From positions 1 to 7,460 of the forward strand of contig NZ_JAHDSX010000071.1 of the NCBI RefSeq assembly GCF_020969955.1: a DNA stretch of 7,460 nt, in the 5' to 3' direction. The translations under genes were made by a program, and so were the position numbers. Origin of the DNA: Allobaculum fili. Lineage in GTDB: Bacteria; Bacillota_I; Bacilli_A; Erysipelotrichales; Erysipelotrichaceae. The notes beneath the pieces are model-generated. The model made no database searches. It had not been told where the DNA came from and saw nothing but the letters and a program-made list of their open reading frames with translations. Of this stretch, positions 1 to 5,372 are shown piece after piece (position 1 is the stretch's first letter; the number at the start of each line of letters is the position of its first letter).

Positions 1-52
1 ATCTAAAGGTGATTTGACGACTGAGAGAAGCAATTCACCTCAGCGCTCAACT

Positions 53-81
53 ATAATAACACGGGCATCGAAGCGATGCAA
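53..81 (-). promoter_or_regulatory. Candidate SigA/sigma-70-type promoter firing leftwards out of the window
   Basis: On the minus strand: TTGCAT (81..76), 17 nt, TATTAT (58..53), preceded by an A/T-rich UP-like stretch (about 82..115). The ~45 nt of transcript visible before the window edge contain two mutually exclusive pairings, CTGAG/CTCAG and AGGTGA/TCACCT. The gene it would drive lies outside the window. Confidence 0.35.
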
Positions 82-851
82 GCATTATTTGTGAATTTTT
101 AAAATATTTTCACGAGTTGATTTCAAGTGCTGTTTCCTTGCGCAAACAGCTTCCTTATTTAATCAGAGATCCCCAAACAAGGTCAAGTAAATGCATCGGA
201 TCCTCGGTGACTTTTTGCTCAAATGAGCCGTATGCTTCTTATTTTTCAAAAAGGATGTCTTTCTGAATGCCTCGAATGGTTCCATCTCTTATAAAGCCAA
301 ATCTGGTTTCCGCTATCAGCCGGAAAAAGCCGAAAAGGCTTTGTATACTGTTCGTTTATCTTCGGGCTGCTTTCTGCCTGTCGATCGAAGCAGAGCAAAC
401 GGACGCCACTGCAATATGCTTAGCGAAAGTTTACGCTCACGAAGAAATCCGATCATTCCTCTCAGGAGCGAACGAATAAAGACTGCCTTCTACTGAACGT
501 TTCTATCCTATTTATTTTATATGGGAGCCTCTGTATGGCTTAAGTGCCCGATATGGATTCATGGATGCCAGAACGTCATTTTTTTCTGGCGTCTTCTCCT
601 TCCTCGTTTGCTTTCTCATCCCACCTTTCCATTTGTTCGGCTGCATTTTTCTTTTACGTCCGTGCACAAATCAACGGGAAATCGATAAATGTTTACTAAA
701 TCATGTTTTCAATTTCAGGTAAAAGCTAAAACGAGGCTTGGAAAGGCTTACAATAGCAGCTTTTCGGATGGACGCTCCCCTCGAACGCGTCACGTCAGAC
801 AAAATCCCCCCTGTGTTCGTCTGAGACATTCGAAGAGAGGAAAGGAGAAAT

Positions 852-3122
852 ATGAAAACACTCAGACAATGGAGTCTGCCCGTGCTGATGGTCCTGCTTT
901 CCATCAGCATGCTGCTGCCAGGACAGATCCAGACAGTCGCTGCGAACGAAACCGATTCGCCGCAGACGGTTGAACAGATTACTGCCGCCGACGGGCGGGA
1001 GAAGCTGAACTTCAACCAGGGCTGGAAATTTGTCCGCGCAAATATTCCAGAAGCTGTTCAAGTCGACTACCCCCAGTCCGAACTGGAACGCTGGGAAAAT
1101 GTCGATCTGCCGCATCCCGTTCGTTTGGAAGAATACAATGCGAGCGGCGGCAAAAACTATCAGGGAGAAGCGATGTACCGCAAGCACTTCTACCTGGATG
1201 AATCCTATGCCGGAAAAAAAACTTTACTTCGAGTTTGAAGGCGCCATGGGCGTTACCGATGTATGGGTCAACGGGACCCATCTTCAGTGCCCGTTAGCCA
1301 AGCTGACCGGAAGCAAAGATGGAAACCATACCCAGTACGGAGGCTATCTTCCCTTCGTCCTCGATATTACGGATGCCGTTCACTGCGATGGCGAGAAAAA
1401 CGTCATCACAGTCCTGACCGACAACCGGGACAATGGACTGGTTCCTCCCGGAAAGCCGCAGGGCAGTCTGGACTTCTCGTACTTCGGAGGTATTTACCGC
1501 AACGTCTATCTGCATTCCGTGGAATCGGTTCATATCACCGATGCGACGTATGAAAACATCGAAGCCGGAGGCGGAATTCTGATCGATTATCCGTCGGTCA
1601 GTGAACAAGAAGCGACCGCCGTTGTCAAAACGCACGTGCGCAACGAAACCGATGCAGACAAGCAAGTCACCCTCAAGTCGACATACGTTGATCCGCAGGG
1701 CAAAGAAGCGCTCACCAAAAGCTCAACCGTAACGATTTCAGCCAGTGATGCGCAGACGATCGCGCAGAATTTCAAATTCGAAAACCCGCAGCTGTGGGAT
1801 CTTGATCACCCCAATCTGTATACGCTCGTTTCCACCGTTACCGTCGACGGCGAGGAAGTGGATCGAACAGAAACCACAACCGGTATTCGTACCGTCATCT
1901 TCAGCGCCACGGAAGGCGTAAAAATTAACGGGAAGCATCTGGGATTCCTTTCCGGTGTCAACCGTCATCAGGAATATCCGTACATCGGCTATGCGGCATC
2001 GGACAACCTGCAGCGCAAGGATGCCATCCTGTATAAGAACGCGGGCTTCCAGATCGTTCGCACCGCCCACCACGCCCAGTCGCCGGCATTCCTCGACGAA
2101 TGCGACCGGCTTGGCATTCTCGTTGTAGAAGCCATTCAGGGCTGGCAGTACTGGAATGACAACCCCGTATTCGCAGAACGCGTAAAAAACGATACGCGCC
2201 AGATGTTGCGCCGCGACCGCAATCACCCCTGCATTTTCGCGTTTGAAACATCGCTGAATGAATCCACCGGCGTTCCGGCTGGATTTACCAACTCGCTGGA
2301 AGAAATCGCAAAATCCGAAGGACCTTCCGTTCGCACAGCCGTTGAAGCCTATGATGATTCAACGAAAGGCGATATCGTCTGGGGACGCCCGGAAGAACTT
2401 AAGAACGATACATCGCAGTCCTTCATTCGTGAATACGGCGACTTCTGGCTTGAACAGTACGGCTACTTTACCGATACGTGCCGTGTCACCCGCGGCCCGG
2501 GTACTTACTACCCCGGCGGAGAAGAGCGAATGGTAGAACAGGCCAACAATCGCCTGTACAACGGCTTCCATTTCGAGGGAACAGGAGTAATCTCTTTAGC
2601 CGAGGGTAAAAAGCTGTATACCGACAGCAATAAACGCATGGCCGGTATGACCATGTGGATTGGTATCGACCATAACCGCGGATACGATCCGACGATTTCC
2701 GCCTGCGGTATCTGGGATCTGTTCCGCCTTCCGAAATATTCCTACTATGCGTTTGCTTCCCGGCGTCCTGTGGAACACGACACGGACATGGAAGCCAAAG
2801 GCATTGAAACCGGCGAAACGATCTTTATCGCCAGCACCTGGTCCAAAACCGCACGCTTGAAGCGGTATTCGAAGCCGATGTGATCTATACGCCAGACTGG
2901 ACACTCCTCGATCAGGTGATCACCAAATCAAATTCGGTTTTCAAACAGAAAGACAGCTACCAGGAAGCAAACTGGACCGCCTTTGAGAACGAGCTCAACC
3001 GCGCAAAAGACCTGCGCAAAAACAGTAAAGCCGAACAGGATGCGATCAACGCCCAGTCCGCTTCGCTGAACCAGGCGCTCCTCAAACTGAGAAAAACACC
3101 TTCCGCAAGTCTGATCCGCTAA
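852..3122 (+). pseudogene. Secreted glycoside hydrolase family 2 (beta-galactosidase/beta-glycosidase-like) gene interrupted by two frame breaks, either a pseudogene or an assembly artefact
   Basis: There are three collinear ORF pieces. Piece 1 (852..1238, frame 0 mod 3) has the signal peptide MKTLRQWSLPVLMVLLSISMLLPGQIQTVAA/NE and the GH2 N-domain motifs LNFNQGWKF and WENVDLPHP. Piece 2 (about 1213..2883, frame 1 mod 3) has KKLYFEFEGAMGVTDVWVNG, DFSYFGGIYRNVYL, the TIM-barrel acid/base motif RNHPCIFAFETSLNES and the nucleophile motif FIREYGD. Piece 3 (open from 2808, ORF track 2880..3122, frame 0 mod 3) has a FIVAR-like helical repeat (SYQEANWTAFENELNRAKDL...AEQDAINAQSASLNQALLKL). An AAGGAG RBS lies at 842..847, just upstream of ATG 852. 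The family assignment rests on remembered GH2 motifs, not a search. Confidence 0.85.
1214..1221 (+). other. A8 homopolymer that carries the first GH2 frame break
   Basis: As written, GGA AAA AAA ACT TTA CTT CGA GTT TGA stops at 1236..1238. With one A fewer it reads GGA AAA AAA CTT TAC TTC GAG TTT GAA GGC = GKKLYFEFEG, which joins seamlessly to the GH2 core in the other frame. Confidence 0.8.
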
Positions 3123-3165
3123 AAGCAATTCGCAGTACAAACTGAATTCCATAATTAAAACTGCG

Positions 3166-3198
3166 GCAGATCCCATCCATAAAGGATCTGCAGCTTTT
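3166..3198 (+). terminator. Candidate intrinsic terminator downstream of the GH2 gene
   Basis: GCAGATCC (3166..3173) pairs with GGATCTGC (3184..3191) around a 10-nt loop. It is followed by AGCTTTT and lies 44 nt after stop codon 3120..3122. Confidence 0.5.
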
Positions 3199-3271
3199 AC
3201 GTCTTACTTCTAATGTCTCTGGATTCGTTGCTGTTTCTTTTCTGATTCCTATTCGAGCCGGAAATACGAAA

Positions 3272-3309
3272 AGCCGAAGAATACGGGATTTCTCCTTTAT
3301 TCTTCGGCT
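3272..3309. terminator. Bidirectional terminator hairpin (copy 1 of a recurring hairpin family), probably terminating the MATE gene
   Basis: A perfect 12-bp stem, AGCCGAAGAATA (3272..3283) with TATTCTTCGGCT (3298..3309). T-runs follow on both strands: + GTTTTGTTTTT, - TTTTCGTATTT. On the minus strand the apex reads GGA-GAAA-TCC. Confidence 0.7.
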
Positions 3310-3351
3310 GTTTTGTTTTTGCGATTGAGTATAAAACAAATTGAAGTCCCA

Positions 3352-3369
3352 ATCGGACGTACGTCCGAT
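3352..3369 (-). terminator. Perfect 18-bp palindrome just downstream of the MATE stop codon, either a hairpin/terminator or a protein-binding site
   Basis: ATCGGACGTACGTCCGAT is its own reverse complement. It lies 15 nt after the MATE stop (3387..3385). On the minus strand it is followed by the moderately T-rich TGGGACTTCAATTTGTTTTAT. Confidence 0.35.
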
Positions 3370-3384
3370 CTGGCATGTGAATGG

Positions 3385-4725
3385 CTAAGCTGTGGCTGCA
3401 CTTAAATGCTTTACCGTCTTTCTTTTAATTCTCTGCCATTCCAGAACGGAGATTCCAGCGCAGAGAATTTCCGTAATCACAAACGAATACCAGGAAAGAT
3501 CAAGACCGAAGAGACGGGCAAGAACCCAGGTAAGCGGAACAGGAAGAACGAGCTGACGAAGCAGGGTGATCACAAGACTGATTCCTGCATACCCAAGGGC
3601 TTGAAACGCAGAGCAGAGAATCATCGATACGCCAGCGAATACAAAGCTCCAGGAAAGGACGCGCAGGCAGGGAATGCCGATCGCATACATGGACTGATCC
3701 GCATTGAACATCGAGAGAAGCTGAGACGGGATCAGCTGGAACAGCACCGTTCCAAACACCATGATGGCACAAGCCAGAAGCAGTGAAAAACGAACCGCCG
3801 GGACGATCCGATCCATTCTTCTCGCACCATAGTTGAACGCGACAATCGGGATGAGCGCGTTGCTCAGGCCCATAACCGCCATGAAAACAAATTGCTGAAG
3901 ACGGGTATAGACATTGAATACCGAAACGGCCATAGACGAAAACGGCATCAGAATCCAGTTCATGAACACAGACATAAAACTCATAACTGCCTGCATGACC
4001 ATTGCCGGAATGCCGATTTTCAAAATGCGGCCAAGCAGTACCGGATCCCAGCGGAACATTTTGAGATTTGTATGAATCTCCGGGACTTTTCGATAGGTGA
4101 TCCAGATTCCTAACCCCATGGCTACGATCTGGCCAATCACGGTTGCAACCGCCGCTCCCGCCGTACCCATATTGAAGGTGAAGATGAACAGCGGATCCAG
4201 GAAAATATTAATCAGAGCGCCTGTTCCCTGAATAGCCAGGTTATACATCGGACGGCCCACCGCCTGCATGATTCGCTCGTACGTGATCTGGAAGAAGATT
4301 GCAAAGGAACAGCCGCAGCAAATCTGTAGATATACATTTCCCTGCATAAGCACTCCCGTATCCTGCGTGAAAAGCGCAAGGAATGCCCATGATCCAAACA
4401 GACCGAACAGAAGGAAAATCAGCCAGTTGATCAGAGAAAGAAACAGACCGTTCAGAACTGCCTGACTCGCCATTTCCCGATTATGTTCTCCAAGATAGCG
4501 GGAAAGGACCGTATTGAAACCGACACCTGTACCGCAGGCAATGGCGATCATCAAACTCTGTATGGGGGAACACAGACTGACCGAAAGCAGTGCTTCCTGA
4601 GAGTAGCCGGCCACGTACATGCTGTCGATAATATTATAGAGAGCCGACATCAGCATGCTCAGTGCAATTGGCACAGACATGGACAGTACCAGACGGCGGA
4701 TCTCCATCGATTCCATTTTATGCAT
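3385..4725 (-). CDS. MATE family multidrug/toxic-compound efflux transporter
   Basis: A 446-aa polytopic membrane protein with about 12 hydrophobic segments and a MATE-like sequence pattern (MEIRRLVLSMSVPIALSMLMSALYNIIDSMYVAG..., ...GIPAMVMQAVMSF..., ...ALIPIVAFNYGARR...). I moved the start from the ORF-track TTG (4740) to ATG 4725..4723. GGAGG sits at 4738..4734, 8 nt upstream of that ATG, and would otherwise fall inside the ORF. Confidence 0.92.
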   Translation of the reverse strand: MHKMESMEIRRLVLSMSVPIALSMLMSALYNIIDSMYVAGYSQEALLSVSLCSPIQSLMIAIACGTGVGFNTVLSRYLGEHNREMASQAVLNGLFLSLINWLIFLLFGLFGSWAFLALFTQDTGVLMQGNVYLQICCGCSFAIFFQITYERIMQAVGRPMYNLAIQGTGALINIFLDPLFIFTFNMGTAGAAVATVIGQIVAMGLGIWITYRKVPEIHTNLKMFRWDPVLLGRILKIGIPAMVMQAVMSFMSVFMNWILMPFSSMAVSVFNVYTRLQQFVFMAVMGLSNALIPIVAFNYGARRMDRIVPAVRFSLLLACAIMVFGTVLFQLIPSQLLSMFNADQSMYAIGIPCLRVLSWSFVFAGVSMILCSAFQALGYAGISLVITLLRQLVLPVPLTWVLARLFGLDLSWYSFVITEILCAGISVLEWQRIKRKTVKHLSAATA

Positions 4726-4746
4726 CAAAAAAACCTCCAATGGTGT

Positions 4747-4774
4747 ACTCTATCACACGCGTCACCATTCCCAA
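4747..4774 (-). promoter_or_regulatory. Weak candidate promoter for the MATE gene
   Basis: On the minus strand: TTGGGA (4774..4769), 16 nt, TGaTAGAGT (extended -10, TAGAGT at 4752..4747). This leaves a very short leader before the RBS, so confidence is low. Confidence 0.25.
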
Positions 4775-4830
4775 AACCTCATCCCCGGCTTCTCAGACGG
4801 CTGGCCTAAGGGCTTTGGACCTCCCATTTC

Positions 4831-4880
4831 CAAAAGAAAACTCTCCGTAAGATACCGGATTTTGCCTTTATCTTTCGGCG
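4831..4880 (-). terminator. Terminator-like hairpin (copy 2 of the hairpin family) upstream of the MATE gene, with no minus-strand gene to terminate
   Basis: The minus strand reads CCGAAAGATA-AAGGCAAAATCCGG-TATCTTACGG (4878..4845), a 10-bp stem with one A/A mismatch, followed by AGAGTTTTCTTTT (4844..4832). Confidence 0.5.
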
Positions 4881-5096
4881 AGATTCCTCATTCCTGAACA
4901 GAGTCCCATTTCATTCAGCTGTTTTTAGTCGACCGCAGTTTGACGATTGCTTGAATTCGCTAAAGATACGAAAACGTGTCAGCCATAAAAGAAACTATCA
5001 CTAACTAACTAGAAGATTCCTGCGTAATCGGGTCAGGCAGCTTCTCGGATATTCATTTTATCCCTCACTATCAACTTTCTGCCTCACTTCAACCGG

Positions 5097-5222
5097 TTCT
5101 GGTTGAACATCAACTGATTCTGATTAAACATCAACTGATTCTGGTTGAACATCAACTGATTCTGGTTGAACATCAACTGATTCTGGTTGAACATCAACCA
5201 TTTCTGGTTGAACATCAACTGA
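5097..5222 (+). repeat. Six head-to-tail 21-bp direct repeats (consensus TTCTGGTTGAACATCAACTGA), an iteron/operator-like array
   Basis: The units are 5097..5117, 5118..5138, 5139..5159, 5160..5180, 5181..5201 and 5202..5222. Units 1, 3, 4 and 6 are identical. Unit 2 has GGTTGAAC changed to GATTAAAC, and unit 5 ends CCAT instead of CTGA. Every intact unit contains the palindrome GTTGA-ACA-TCAAC. Decayed copies lie just upstream (about 5067..5096: TATCAACTTTCTG, CCTCACTTCAACCGGTTCTG). Confidence 0.95.
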
Positions 5223-5276
5223 TTTTCAGGATAATCCGCCCTCTCAGTTGATGTTCAATTTTTCTGATAATATCAT
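5208..5276 (+). promoter_or_regulatory. Promoter region of the COG2865-type gene (two overlapping candidates)
   Basis: P1 is TTGAAC (5208..5213, inside repeat unit 6), 16 nt, GATAAT (5230..5235). P2 is TTGATG (5248..5253, inside the inverted repeat copy), 17 nt, TATCAT (5271..5276). RBS AGGAG at 5361..5365 lies 7 nt before ATG 5373. Confidence 0.4.
5244..5258 (-). repeat. Inverted copy of the repeat core, lying over the promoter of the downstream gene
   Basis: TCAGTTGATGTTCAA is the exact reverse complement of the 15-nt core TTGAACATCAACTGA. A further direct half-site, CATCAACT, occurs at 5274..5281. Confidence 0.9.
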
Positions 5277-5372
5277 CAACTTAGAGAAGTCTGTTCGCCA
5301 GTTCCTCACGCACTGCCTCCAGGCTGAAAAGAGGAATCTTGTACTGCTTATATCAATGAAAGGAGAGCTTGC

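Noticed and set aside
267-479. 70-aa plus-strand ORF (MPRMVPSLIKPNLVSAISRKKPKRL…).
   Set aside because: It has no RBS upstream of the ATG, a low-complexity and unprotein-like sequence, and no recognisable motif. It is probably a chance ORF in a non-coding or decayed region.
689-1281. ORFs 689..973(+), 701..1015(-), 795..1187(-) and 1012..1281(-) around the GH2 start.
   Set aside because: They overlap the clearly genuine GH2 N-terminal coding frame or its RBS, lack RBSs, and have arginine/serine-rich shadow-frame compositions.
1263-2904. Multiple plus- and minus-strand ORFs inside the GH2 body, such as 1294..1665(-), 1738..2226(-), 1958..2251(-), 2258..2536(+) and 2596..2904(-).
   Set aside because: They are alternative-frame shadows of a GC-rich, strongly motif-supported GH2 reading frame, and none has recognisable protein features.
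3082-3339. 85-aa minus-strand ORF across the GH2-MATE gap.
   Set aside because: It runs straight through two terminator hairpins and the GH2 3' end, and it has no RBS.
3406-4897. Plus-strand ORFs antisense to or overlapping the MATE gene (3406..3786, 3892..4113, 4268..4465, 4483..4809, 4655..4897, 4662..4850), and minus-strand alternate-frame ORFs (3500..3772, 4212..4397).
   Set aside because: They lie opposite or out of frame with a full-length 12-TM transporter gene. Their hydrophilic, R/K/H-rich sequences are typical of the antisense of membrane-protein genes, and they lack RBSs.
4741-5000. A possible riboswitch or structured leader controlling the MATE transporter on the minus strand.
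   Set aside because: Apart from the family hairpin at 4845..4878, I could not match the sequence to any riboswitch class I know (guanidine/ykkC, Mn, Na+, etc.). It should be scanned with Rfam rather than asserted.
5002-5012. TAACTAACTAG places a stop codon in all three plus-strand frames, like an engineered stop cassette. CAGCTG, GTCGAC and GAATTC sites lie within the preceding ~100 nt, resembling a polylinker.
   Set aside because: It is only 11 nt and is explained by a simple CTAA duplication. About 1-2 palindromic hexamers are expected per 100 nt by chance, and GAATTC occurs repeatedly elsewhere in the window. No other vector-like sequence was recognised.
5097-5222. Could the tandem repeats be a CRISPR array?
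   Set aside because: The 21-bp units abut one another directly with no spacers, the unit is shorter than typical CRISPR repeats, and no cas genes are present in the window.
5058-5234. DnaA-box-like cores TTATCC (5058..5063) and GGATAA (5229..5234) flank the repeat array in inverted orientation, suggesting an origin of replication.
   Set aside because: Each matches only 6 of 9 positions of TTATCCACA. GGATAA also overlaps the candidate -10 GATAAT. No clear AT-rich unwinding element or replication gene is adjacent. It is kept only as a minor note under the array finding.
5009-5251. Coding potential of the repeat array. The plus strand has an open frame giving the heptad LVEHQLI repeated six times. 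The minus strand has a frame of about 45 codons reading (Q)LMFNQN repeated, with in-frame TTG/ATG codons.
   Set aside because: The open frames follow automatically from a 21-bp (7-codon) period. The plus-strand frame has no ATG/GTG/TTG start. Neither frame has a Shine-Dalgarno sequence, and the other frames of each unit contain stops. Ribo-seq would be needed to revive this idea.
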